From: an uncultured Defluviitaleaceae bacterium
Lineage (GTDB): Bacteria; Bacillota; Clostridia; Lachnospirales; WRAX01
Direction: 5' to 3'
Assembly (NCBI GenBank): GCA_964583165.1
Contig: CAZOVK010000004.1
Location: forward strand, 785-64,784
Length of the DNA: 64,000 bases
Each line of letters opens with the position of its first letter. The stretch's first letter is position 1. The notes beneath the pieces were generated by a model. It was not told where the DNA came from. It was given only the letters and a program-made list of their open reading frames with translations, and did not search any database. Shown piece by piece: positions 1-9,125 of the stretch. The position numbers and the translations under genes are program-made.

Positions 1-15
1 TACTGAATTGAACTT

Positions 16-44
16 AGTATAACATAATCACCAAAGGCGGTCAA
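16..44 (-). promoter_or_regulatory. sigmaA promoter firing leftward out of the window
   Basis: Minus strand TTGACC-N17-TATACT with extended -10 TG. Confidence 0.6.
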
Positions 45-137
45 GATATATCATCAAATAATTGTCAATATTTTACTTGGAAATCATATATAATGCGAAT
101 TATGGTGTTTTTGAGTTTCGTTTGAGGGGTTTAGTGA

Positions 138-1373
138 TTGAGGGTAATTACGGATAAAAAAGCAGTTTCGCTACTGTTTTTCTCATGTTGGATAGCGTAT
201 TTCTGCGCTTATCTGGGTAGAATGAATTACTCGGCGGCAATGCCGGCGTTACTGGCGGGGGGCTTGCTTGAAAAGACAGAGGCGGGCTTTATCGCGACAT
301 TGTATTTCGCGTTTTACGCCACGGGTCAGGTCGTGAACGGCTTTTTGGGTGACAGGGTATCACCACGCGTTTTTGTGACGGCGGGTTTGGTATTGGCGGG
401 GCTGTCGAACGCGCTCATGGGTGTTGTTGGGCAGTTTTGGGCAATGGCTATTTTTTGGGCTATAAACGGTTACACTCAATCAACCATATGGCCTTCTGTC
501 GTGCGCATATTTTCACAGATGTTAAAGCGTGAAAAGGCCGTTGATTGTCTAACGAATATTTCGTCGTCCATAGCGCTTGGAACCCTTGGCTCATATCTAT
601 TGTCCGCATTAGTAATAAACTTCATGGGTTGGCGTTTCGCCTTTTTGGTTCCCGCAGGGATAATGTTTTGCGCTGGGGCTGTGTTCTTTGTGACATTCGG
701 GAAGATTGAGCGCCACGCCGAACAATACGGAGAAAATGCAGTAATCGAAGATAACAAGGATATGAACAAGGCCGATAGAAAGCGCCAACCTTTTGCAAAA
801 GTCCTGCTTTCAGCATCAATATTGGCAATAATAATACCCACAGTCATTTACGGCGTGTTGAAAGACGGCATAACGGCGTGGGTTCCGACATACATAAACG
901 AGAATTTTAACACAGGCCCTGCGTTTTCTGTTCTCTTGTCAATGGTTCTACCCATCGTGAACATCAGTGGCGCATACATGGCGAGGTTCTCACGACGATT
1001 GGCAAAAGGCGAGATAAAACAAGCGACAATCTTCTTCACATCTGCGCTGGTCGCGCTTATCCTCATTCAAACAATCGGGCATTTGAGCATGATTCTTACA
1101 GTTTGCCTGTTGGCTGTCATTACGGCTTCAATGTTCGCGATTAACACAATCTTTATCAGCTATGTGCCCATACATTACGCGTCGAAGGGCTTGTCTTCGA
1201 CGCTTTCGGGGTTTTTGAACGCGGCTGCATACGCGGGAGCGGCCATTTCTTCCGTTACTATCGGCGTACTTGTGGGGCGTTTCGGCTGGGGTAATACATT
1301 CACAAGTTTCATAATTATCGCGATAATATCAGTAACTATTTGTCTGCTAAACAGAAAGCGCCACTTTGGATAA
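138..1373 (+). CDS. MFS transporter, OPA/GlpT-UhpT-like (sugar-phosphate family)
   Basis: 411 aa, about 12 TM; Y-x2-R-x-N-Y in TM1 (AYLGRMNY); MFS motif A-like GFLGDRVSPR; TTG start after GAGGGG. Confidence 0.8.
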   Translation: MRVITDKKAVSLLFFSCWIAYFCAYLGRMNYSAAMPALLAGGLLEKTEAGFIATLYFAFYATGQVVNGFLGDRVSPRVFVTAGLVLAGLSNALMGVVGQFWAMAIFWAINGYTQSTIWPSVVRIFSQMLKREKAVDCLTNISSSIALGTLGSYLLSALVINFMGWRFAFLVPAGIMFCAGAVFFVTFGKIERHAEQYGENAVIEDNKDMNKADRKRQPFAKVLLSASILAIIIPTVIYGVLKDGITAWVPTYINENFNTGPAFSVLLSMVLPIVNISGAYMARFSRRLAKGEIKQATIFFTSALVALILIQTIGHLSMILTVCLLAVITASMFAINTIFISYVPIHYASKGLSSTLSGFLNAAAYAGAAISSVTIGVLVGRFGWGNTFTSFIIIAIISVTICLLNRKRHFG

Positions 1374-1403
1374 AAAAGGACGCGCATTGCGCGTCCTTTT
1401 TTT
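1372..1403. terminator. Bidirectional intrinsic terminator
   Basis: A6-GGACGCGC-ATT-GCGCGTCC-T7 between convergent genes. Confidence 0.9.
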
Positions 1404-1611
1404 AAGCAAACCGCCCTACAAACAGCCACAGCACCAAATATATCGCCCCAACGAACAGCAGAATAAACGGCAAGACCGATATACAAACCGCGAGAAATAG
1501 GGCGAGACCATCGCCTTTTTGAAATTCACGCCGGCTGTCTTCCGGCAAATCCCTTTGCCGTTTTTCCATTTCAGCTAGGGCTTCTTTAAGCCTTTTGTTA
1601 AAGAAAAGCAT
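1402..1611 (-). CDS. Small membrane protein, last gene of the opp-like operon
   Basis: 69 aa; GGAG RBS; starts 12 nt after the oppF stop; charged N-terminus, KGD motif, then about 30 hydrophobic residues. Confidence 0.7.
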   Translation of the reverse strand: MLFFNKRLKEALAEMEKRQRDLPEDSRREFQKGDGLALFLAVCISVLPFILLFVGAIYLVLWLFVGRFA

Positions 1612-1623
1612 AAAATCTCCTAA

Positions 1624-3045
1624 CTACAGACTGTTGTGACATGCCACAAAGTGACCGGGTTCTGCCTCACGCCACTGCGGGACCTCCGTTTTACAAATAT
1701 CCGTGCAGAAGCGACACCGCGTATGGAACTTGCAACCCGGAGGTGGTTTTATCGGGCTAGGTATATCGCCGCCCAGTAGAACCGCTTCCTTTTTATTGTC
1801 CGCATCTGTTGTGGGAATGGCAGAGAGTAGCGCGTCCGTGTATGGGTGCATGGGATGCGCGAACAGCGCCGCCGTTGTGGTCAGCTCGACGAGAGAACCT
1901 AGGTACATAACGCCGATTCTATCGCTGATGTACTTGATAACGCTCAAATCGTGCGAGATGAACATGTAAGTCAGGTGTTGCTTCTCCTTCAAATCCAAAA
2001 GCAGGTTGATTATCTGTGACTGAATCGAAACATCGAGCGCCGAAACCGCTTCATCACAAACCACGAATTTCGGGCGCAATGCAAGTGACCGCGCAATGCC
2101 GATACGCTGGCGCTGACCACCCGAAAACTGATGTGGGTATCGGTGGAAGAAGTAGGGCGCAAGACCGCATTCCTCCATGACGTTCATAATGTATTGCTGC
2201 ATTTCGTCGCCGTTTTTTGTGAAATATTTGTGCGTGAGTAAGCCCTCGCCGATAATCTGCCCGACTGTCATACGTGCGTCAAGGGAAGAGTAGGGGTCTT
2301 GGAAGATTAACTGCATATCTTTACGGAGGACGCGCATTTCGTTCACAGACAAGCGACGTAGGTCGATACCCGTTTCGAGTTTCTCGTCATGGCGAGAAAA
2401 GTCTGGGTGGTTCATATACTTTTGACGCAATGTTTCTAGCTTATGCTTTGCGGAATCAAGCGCCTTTTGGGCTTCTGTCGTGTCCTTTCCTTGCTTTTTG
2501 GCGGTAGCAAGGGCACATTGCGCTTGGTATTCCGTAAGAACTACCTCCGAAACCTCCGCCAGATTCTCAGCGACAAATAAACCGCCGATTAACTGCACAA
2601 TCCCGTAATACTCACGCTCGGCTAAATCCTCGGCAAGCAGCGCGTTGTTATATAAAATGCGCTGTTCTGTTGGGTCGGTCGCGCTTTCATACGTTTTTTG
2701 CGCGGCGGCGGCTTTTTCCGCGCTCTCATCTGCCGCCTTCTTTCGCTCTGGTAGCTTTTTCAGAATATCTTCAACATATTGCGGGGCTAAATCATAAATA
2801 GTTTGACCGCGATATATCGTAAATCCCGTTGTCTGGTCATAAAGTTGCAACATTACACGCCCGAATGTCGATTTGCCACAACCTGATTCGCCGACAAGCC
2901 CTAGCGTTTCGCCCTCGTATATGTCAATATTCAGACCGTCATTAGCTTTAACATAGAGCTGTTCCTTTTGAAACAGCCGCGTCTTCTTCACGGGGAAATA
3001 CTTTCTGAAGTTGTGAACCCGGAACAAGACTTTACTTTCTTCCAT
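1624..3045 (-). CDS. oppF: Oligopeptide/dipeptide ABC ATPase OppF/DppF with large helical insertion
   Basis: GESGCGKST, IFQDPYSSL, FSGGQRQR, VVCDE, HPYT and Cys-rich C-terminal domain; extra ~145 aa after Walker A. Confidence 0.92.
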   Translation of the reverse strand: MEESKVLFRVHNFRKYFPVKKTRLFQKEQLYVKANDGLNIDIYEGETLGLVGESGCGKSTFGRVMLQLYDQTTGFTIYRGQTIYDLAPQYVEDILKKLPERKKAADESAEKAAAAQKTYESATDPTEQRILYNNALLAEDLAEREYYGIVQLIGGLFVAENLAEVSEVVLTEYQAQCALATAKKQGKDTTEAQKALDSAKHKLETLRQKYMNHPDFSRHDEKLETGIDLRRLSVNEMRVLRKDMQLIFQDPYSSLDARMTVGQIIGEGLLTHKYFTKNGDEMQQYIMNVMEECGLAPYFFHRYPHQFSGGQRQRIGIARSLALRPKFVVCDEAVSALDVSIQSQIINLLLDLKEKQHLTYMFISHDLSVIKYISDRIGVMYLGSLVELTTTAALFAHPMHPYTDALLSAIPTTDADNKKEAVLLGGDIPSPIKPPPGCKFHTRCRFCTDICKTEVPQWREAEPGHFVACHNSL

Positions 3046-3050
3046 TTAAT

Positions 3051-4046
3051 TCACTGCTCCTTTCCCCTTGAATCACGCTGTGGATAGAAACACCTGACTT
3101 GATGCCCGGTGCTGACTTCCGATAGTGTGGGTTCTTCAGCGCGGCATTTGTCTGCGGCATACTTACAGCGCGGCGCGAATTTACAACCGATTGGCAAATC
3201 AAGCGGATGCGGAACAGCGCCTTGTATGGCTTCCAGCCGAATGCCCGTCGGAGTATCCAACCGCGGGATAGACACCATGAGCCCCTCCGTGTAGGGGTGT
3301 TGATACACCGCGTCTTTGCCGAAAATCGCGCGAACAGGCGCAAGCTCGACAACCTGCCCGCAATACATGACCGCGACATCATCAGCCATTTGGTTGATAA
3401 CGCCCAAATCATGCGTGATGAACAACACAGCCGTGCCGCGTTGCGCCTTCAAGTCGTTCATAAGCTTCAAAATCTGCGCCTGAATCGTGACATCAAGCGC
3501 GGTTGTTGGTTCGTCGGCAATGAGCAGTTTCGGTTGACACGCCAAAGCCATAGCAATCATCACACGCTGGCGCATACCGCCCGAAAGCTGATGTGGGTAC
3601 TGTTTCGCGACCGTTTCGGGGTTCGGGATTTTCACGGCGTTCAACATCTCGACTACCTTTTTGGCGGCCTCGGCTTTGCTCATGTTTTGGTGAATGATAA
3701 ACGGCTCGCTGACCTGTCGCTCGACTGTGAAAATCGGGTTAAGGCTCGTCATAGGCTCTTGGAAGATGACAGAAATCGCGTTGCCGCGAATATGACACAT
3801 GTCCTTAATCGTCACTTCTGCAAGGTTCTTTCCGTCAAAATATATCTCGCCGCCGGCGATATAGCCGTTGCTGTCTAGCAGTTTGAGAATGCTCATCGCC
3901 GAAACGCTCTTGCCGCTTCCGCTTTCGCCGACAACGCCGAGTGTGCGCCCCGGCTCAACAGCATATGAAACGTCATTCACAGCCTTGACAATGCCGCGCT
4001 TTGTTTTGAAAAAGGTTCTTAAATTCTTCAATTCAAGTAATGGCAT
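3051..4046 (-). CDS. oppD: Oligopeptide/dipeptide ABC ATPase OppD/DppD
   Basis: Start moved to ATG 4046 (MPLLELKNL, RBS GAGGAGG); GESGSGKS, IFQEPMTSLNP, LSGGMRQR, IADEPTTALD, Cys-rich tail. Confidence 0.95.
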   Translation of the reverse strand: MPLLELKNLRTFFKTKRGIVKAVNDVSYAVEPGRTLGVVGESGSGKSVSAMSILKLLDSNGYIAGGEIYFDGKNLAEVTIKDMCHIRGNAISVIFQEPMTSLNPIFTVERQVSEPFIIHQNMSKAEAAKKVVEMLNAVKIPNPETVAKQYPHQLSGGMRQRVMIAMALACQPKLLIADEPTTALDVTIQAQILKLMNDLKAQRGTAVLFITHDLGVINQMADDVAVMYCGQVVELAPVRAIFGKDAVYQHPYTEGLMVSIPRLDTPTGIRLEAIQGAVPHPLDLPIGCKFAPRCKYAADKCRAEEPTLSEVSTGHQVRCFYPQRDSRGKEQ

Positions 4047-4056
4047 ACTTCCCTCC

Positions 4057-5865
4057 TCACCGTTCAGCCGTGCGGGGGTCCATAGCGTCGCGCAGACCGT
4101 CGCCGATAATATTGATACAGATAGTACATAAACCAAGCGCAATGGCGGGGAAGACCCAGCGCCACCAATAATTCTGAATGACCACGCTGTCATTACAGCC
4201 ATTCAGCATGTTGCCCCAAGTAGGTTTGGGCTCGACAACACCGAACCCGAGGTATGAAAGCCCCGATTCAGTCAGCAAACACGCCGCAAAACTTAATGTG
4301 GCATTAACAATAATAACCGAAATAATATTCGGGAAGATATGCCTAAAAATCAACGCAAGTTCAGACACGCCCATAGCCTTGCCTGCTATAATATACTCCT
4401 TCTCGCGTTCGGCCAGAACCTGTGCGCGAACAAGGCGACACAGCCCCGTCCAACTCAATATGCCGAGAATCACCATAATTAAGAAGATACGGTTAGTTTC
4501 GCTAATTCGCGCCCCGACAACGACAGACAGAATCATTGCGAGTGGCAAAAACGGGATACTCGACACAATCTCTTGAAAACGCATAATGAGCATATCCATG
4601 CGTCCGCCGAAAAAGCCTGCGATACTGCCTAAGAGAATACCGATAGTCGTAGAAATCACGACCGCGACAGCGCCAATCGTGAGCGTCATTCTGCCACCGC
4701 CGATAATGCGGGTGAACACATCACGCCCGTAACCGTCAGAACCCATTAAATAGCCGTGAAGCCCCCAAGTTTCAACCTTGCCTGTTGAAGTTATCGCATA
4801 ATTCTGGAAGTAACCGACACCGATTGACACCGCATCCGTAATATTCGGCGCGTCAGATTGTCGGAAGTTGTTGTAACCCCAAGAATAGACATAACCCGTA
4901 TCAGTCAAAACCGTGAAGTGATAACGCCCGCCGCCAATCGCAATAGGCTTTCCGTGAACGTCATTCTCTGTAAGCGGAATTGCAAGGTTCTTTTCAGTGC
5001 TACCCCAAGTAACAATACGCCCATCAGACGTAATCGCGGACACGCTGTTTGAGGTTGTCGCGAAATCTATTACATTATTAAGACCACTCGGTATTTTAGA
5101 GTAAGCGGTTTCTGCATTACCCAGAATCGCCATAGTGCCGTCGTTCAAAAGTGCAACAACGCCCGAAAACGTGAACTCTGCCTTCACAATACGCCCTTGA
5201 TAATCGCCGACCTTGACATTCAACATAGATTCGTTGCCCCAGAAGTGGAACTTGCCGTCCTCTGTGACAGCAAATGAGCCTTGATGACCCGCGGCGATAT
5301 GTATGACCTTCTTTCTACCGTTCAAAGTAGCGGGTACGTCACACTGTTTAAGTCGCTTATTACCCCAGCAAAAGACCTGATTCTTGTCATTGACGGCTAT
5401 AATGTGGTCATAACCGGCGGCAACCATTACGACATTGCCCATTTTCTCGGGTATTTCGCCGACATCTATCGTTTTGGATATACGCGTTTTGCCCCAGACA
5501 ACAACGCGCCCATCGTTTGTACATGCCGCGCTGAACGTGGAACCCACAGAAATCTGGCGTATATTGCCTATAATTTCTTTGGGTACACTCATCAGATTAT
5601 ATCCGGGGCTTACATTCTGTTGTGTCACGTCCTGATAGCTCTCTTCAAACGGGAAAATCCTTGTGCCAATCATCATGAAGAAGAAAATGGACAGGAATAT
5701 CACAATCGCAACCACGTTCATTGGCACAGACAAAAGGCGCGTTATTGCCGCCTTCCATTGACTCTGCATGGCCTCTTCTTCCAAAACGGAAAGTGCCTGT
5801 TTTTTACCGAATAACATGCTGAAAAGGCCGGAAGGTTTTTTCTTCTCGTTTTGCTCTGTTTTCAT
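4057..5865 (-). CDS. oppC: OppC/DppC-type permease with inserted RCC1/BLIP-II beta-propeller
   Basis: OppC N-terminal TM, LMGSDGYGRD motif, EAA loop (EYIIAGKAMG), PTWGNML; seven RCC1-like repeats at aa ~92-369. Confidence 0.9.
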   Translation of the reverse strand: MKTEQNEKKKPSGLFSMLFGKKQALSVLEEEAMQSQWKAAITRLLSVPMNVVAIVIFLSIFFFMMIGTRIFPFEESYQDVTQQNVSPGYNLMSVPKEIIGNIRQISVGSTFSAACTNDGRVVVWGKTRISKTIDVGEIPEKMGNVVMVAAGYDHIIAVNDKNQVFCWGNKRLKQCDVPATLNGRKKVIHIAAGHQGSFAVTEDGKFHFWGNESMLNVKVGDYQGRIVKAEFTFSGVVALLNDGTMAILGNAETAYSKIPSGLNNVIDFATTSNSVSAITSDGRIVTWGSTEKNLAIPLTENDVHGKPIAIGGGRYHFTVLTDTGYVYSWGYNNFRQSDAPNITDAVSIGVGYFQNYAITSTGKVETWGLHGYLMGSDGYGRDVFTRIIGGGRMTLTIGAVAVVISTTIGILLGSIAGFFGGRMDMLIMRFQEIVSSIPFLPLAMILSVVVGARISETNRIFLIMVILGILSWTGLCRLVRAQVLAEREKEYIIAGKAMGVSELALIFRHIFPNIISVIIVNATLSFAACLLTESGLSYLGFGVVEPKPTWGNMLNGCNDSVVIQNYWWRWVFPAIALGLCTICINIIGDGLRDAMDPRTAER

Positions 5866-5880
5866 TCTCTATCCCCCTTC

Positions 5881-6861
5881 TCAGCCCAGTCTTACGCGCG
5901 GGTCAACCAGAACATAACTGAAATCTATGACGAGGTTACCCACAAGACCAATCAGAACATAGAACATTTGAAGCGCGAGTGTAGCTTGATAATCCTGATT
6001 CTTCAAACAAGTGTAAAACAGCTTACCCATGCCGTTTAGGGCGAACATGTTTTCAATAATGAGCGAACCAGAAAATAGGCTCAAAAACCAGCCAATAATT
6101 AAGGTAATGACAGGTAAGAGCGCGTTTCTGAACGCATGGGAGAAGATAACAACGCGTTCAACAAGACCTTTGGCACGCGCGGTTCTGATATAATCGGTGC
6201 TTAGGGTATCAATCATGGCAGAGCGCACGTATTTAACCATACCACCCAGACTGCTAAACGTCATAATCAACAGCGGCAGTGAGATATAGCGCATGGTATC
6301 CAAGAACTTCTCGAAGCCTGTACCTTGAAAGTTGGGTGTTCCAAAGCCGCTGACAGGGAAAATTCTCCATTGGACGGCGAAGAAATAGATAAAGACCAGA
6401 CCGATAATAAATACGGGTATACTATAGCCGATAACTGTCACAACGCGTATTACTTGGTCGAACTTCCCGCCGCGTTTGACGGCGCAGGCTATGCCCAAAG
6501 GTATCGTAATACCCAAAGTAATGAATATCGCGAACACGTTCAAAAAAACCGTATTTTGCATAGGCTCGACAACCAAATCAACAACATCCTTGCGATAATA
6601 GGTCGAATAACCGAATTCGCCCGTGAGCATTCGGCTCATCCAACGTATATATTGAACGGGCACGGGGTCGTCAAGACCTAATGATTTTCTCGTTTGTTCA
6701 TATATTTCTTGGTATTTCTCGGGAGATGAAGTCTTGAACGGCTCGGCGATAACACGCGCGGGGTCGCCCGGGACAAGGCTCCAAATCCCGAACAGTAAAA
6801 TAGAAATGACAAAGAACACGAAAACCAAGTACGCGATTCTTTTTAAGAAATATTTCAGCAT
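5881..6861 (-). CDS. oppB: OppB/DppB permease
   Basis: PGDP, LGLDDP..QY..W, DYIRTARAKGL, HAFRNALLP, VDPRV. Confidence 0.95.
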   Translation of the reverse strand: MLKYFLKRIAYLVFVFFVISILLFGIWSLVPGDPARVIAEPFKTSSPEKYQEIYEQTRKSLGLDDPVPVQYIRWMSRMLTGEFGYSTYYRKDVVDLVVEPMQNTVFLNVFAIFITLGITIPLGIACAVKRGGKFDQVIRVVTVIGYSIPVFIIGLVFIYFFAVQWRIFPVSGFGTPNFQGTGFEKFLDTMRYISLPLLIMTFSSLGGMVKYVRSAMIDTLSTDYIRTARAKGLVERVVIFSHAFRNALLPVITLIIGWFLSLFSGSLIIENMFALNGMGKLFYTCLKNQDYQATLALQMFYVLIGLVGNLVIDFSYVLVDPRVRLG

Positions 6862-6897
6862 TCCTTATCCCGCCCTACTTTCTAATGGGATTTTTAA

Positions 6898-6927
6898 TAG
6901 TGGGGGACGAGATTCCATCCCCCACTA
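6898..6927. terminator. Intergenic stem-loop after oppA (mRNA stabiliser or partial terminator)
   Basis: TAGTGGGGGA-N10-TCCCCCACTA, perfect 10-bp stem between oppA and oppB. Confidence 0.65.
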
Positions 6928-6949
6928 AATTAAACTATTAGATGTTGAC

Positions 6950-8869
6950 TTACTCCATGTAAGCGTAGAGCAGTGCTTGCGGAAGAGCCGCCAATGAATT
7001 GTTCTGGAAGTTCTTCAACCTTGGCGTAAAGAAGTCATAATAATCGGGTGAGTAAATAGCAACACGCGGTTGCAGATAGTTCCAGCGCACTTGGAAGTCA
7101 ACGAAGTTCTTGACATAGGTTTCTTCGTCGCCCGGCTCTGTTTTCAGAATCTTGACCGCAAGGTTATAAAGCTCTTCGTCAACCATATAGCTGCCGTTGT
7201 AGCCTTGGTCAAGCAATTTCTGGTCCATAGTGTACTCTTGTGTTTGGTTGAACGCGCCAGCGCCGAAGCCTAAGCCCGAAGCGATGATGTGATAAGTGGG
7301 TTCAAGCTCGCGATAGATATATTGCAAGCAAACAGACCATTCGAGCTTGCTGAACTCGAAAGCCATACCGATTTGTGGGAAGTTTTCGGCCGCCATAGCG
7401 AAAGCGATTTCACAGAATACAGAGGTCGGCGTGCCGACAGCCTTTACGCGGCATTCCATGAGCGAACCGTCGTCTAACTTTTTGTAACGCACCTCGTCAG
7501 TGCCCTTTTTGAACTCGCCGCCGTCTTTGTTATAAATCCAGCCGCCGTCGATAAGGGCTTGTTCTGCTGCGTCTAAGCTGTAGTTGTAGGGGTTAAGCTT
7601 GGTTTCAAGCACGTCAGCCGATTCAGTGTACATCCAAAGAGCCGATGTGTAGTAACCGTTGACCATAGAGCCAAAGCCCTGAGTCATCTGTTGGCTTAAT
7701 TCCTCGCGGTTAAGCGCGTAACAAATAGCCTGACGGACTTCTACAAACTGTGTTGGGCCAAAGTCGCAACGCGTCAAGAAACCTTGAACGGTCGTGCTGG
7801 GGTAACCGCAATAGTCCAATGTGCCCTCATCTACGTCATCCATGAGCGCGTTAATGTCTGTGCCCTTGCCGACTGTGTTAACCATGTCAATCGCGCCTGT
7901 ACGTAATTCGTCTGTATACGTGGCGCCGTAAACGTCCTTAAATATGACCTCGGCTATTTCGGGCTTCTGACCCTCATAGTTACCGGGGTAATTCGGGTTT
8001 ACTTTACAAACGGCTATCTTCGCGTTAGCATCCCACGATACAAACTGGTAGGCCGCGCACGAATATGTAGGAGTATAGCGTTCTTTCTTAATATAGCTCT
8101 CAATGTCGGCGAGTTTAAGCGGTTTGTTGAAGCTTGCGCCTTCTTCGCTGTCAACTATACTGAAAGAACCATCTGTCCAGTGACCTAATGGCAACGGGAA
8201 GACTCTTTCAAGAAATCGGAACTGCTCAAAGTCGGGGAATTTATCGGCTAAAACCGTTATCGAGAAATTATAGTCGTCCAACAGGCGTATGCCTGCGAAT
8301 TTTTCTGAAGTACCTTCGCTGTATTCTTTATAGCCGACATAGTCGCTACCAAGTGTAATGTAACCTCCGGCTTCACCGAATGCGGGGCTGTTGCAATAGA
8401 GAACACGCGCCACATAGTCGGCGGCTGTGATTGCCACGCCGTCACTGTATTTTAGACCTTCTTTGACTGTCATTGTGAAGGTTCTGCTGCCGTCAGCGTT
8501 TTCTGTTACTTCCATTTTGTCTATAACAGAGTCGTTGAGCTGATATTGACCGTTCATATCAATCTCGGTAATTTGGCAACCGCGTACCATCAAGCGGAAC
8601 ATGGTGGTGTCGTCAGAGCCAACGCCGAAATAGTCGTTGCCGCCGAAATCGCCCGTCATGCCTTGAAGCATACCGATTCGGATTGAGCCGGACGGTTCTT
8701 TCACGGGTTCGGCTGAGGGTGAGGGGGTCGGTGTAGCCGCGGGCGTTGTTGACTGTGCCGCGGGTGTCGCGCTGGCTGTGTTCGCCACGGGGCTTGATTG
8801 GGTATTACCGCTACAAGCCGTGAACAACAAACACAGAAGCAGTGAAAGTGCTAATACTTTCTTAAACAT
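6950..8869 (-). CDS. Family 5 ABC substrate-binding lipoprotein (OppA-like)
   Basis: Lipobox LFTAC, P/T/A/S-rich linker, LKYSDG..ITAADY, VRQAICYALNR, YNYSLDAAEQALIDGGW; first gene of the operon. Confidence 0.88.
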   Translation of the reverse strand: MFKKVLALSLLLCLLFTACSGNTQSSPVANTASATPAAQSTTPAATPTPSPSAEPVKEPSGSIRIGMLQGMTGDFGGNDYFGVGSDDTTMFRLMVRGCQITEIDMNGQYQLNDSVIDKMEVTENADGSRTFTMTVKEGLKYSDGVAITAADYVARVLYCNSPAFGEAGGYITLGSDYVGYKEYSEGTSEKFAGIRLLDDYNFSITVLADKFPDFEQFRFLERVFPLPLGHWTDGSFSIVDSEEGASFNKPLKLADIESYIKKERYTPTYSCAAYQFVSWDANAKIAVCKVNPNYPGNYEGQKPEIAEVIFKDVYGATYTDELRTGAIDMVNTVGKGTDINALMDDVDEGTLDYCGYPSTTVQGFLTRCDFGPTQFVEVRQAICYALNREELSQQMTQGFGSMVNGYYTSALWMYTESADVLETKLNPYNYSLDAAEQALIDGGWIYNKDGGEFKKGTDEVRYKKLDDGSLMECRVKAVGTPTSVFCEIAFAMAAENFPQIGMAFEFSKLEWSVCLQYIYRELEPTYHIIASGLGFGAGAFNQTQEYTMDQKLLDQGYNGSYMVDEELYNLAVKILKTEPGDEETYVKNFVDFQVRWNYLQPRVAIYSPDYYDFFTPRLKNFQNNSLAALPQALLYAYME

Positions 8870-8976
8870 TTCTCTACCTCCACTCGTTTTTTTATTCGGG
8901 AATCTTAAAAATCCCCTTATATACTAACTATGACAGATAGCCCAGACTATGCGCCATTTTATTAGTATTATCTAGC

Positions 8977-9005
8977 ACATTACCACATTTTGCCAATCAT
9001 GTCAA
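8977..9005 (-). promoter_or_regulatory. sigmaA promoter of the opp-like operon
   Basis: Minus strand TTGACA-N17-TAATGT with TG extension, about 100 nt upstream of oppA. Confidence 0.55.
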
Positions 9006-9125
9006 TGACTTTTTGTGGCTTTTGTACAGTGTACGGAGGGTTAGTGATATGCGGGTTTTGGTTGTCGTATAGCGGAAAATGTGTTATATTGTATGTATGC
9101 CAAATTGTTAGGCGGTATTTTTAGT

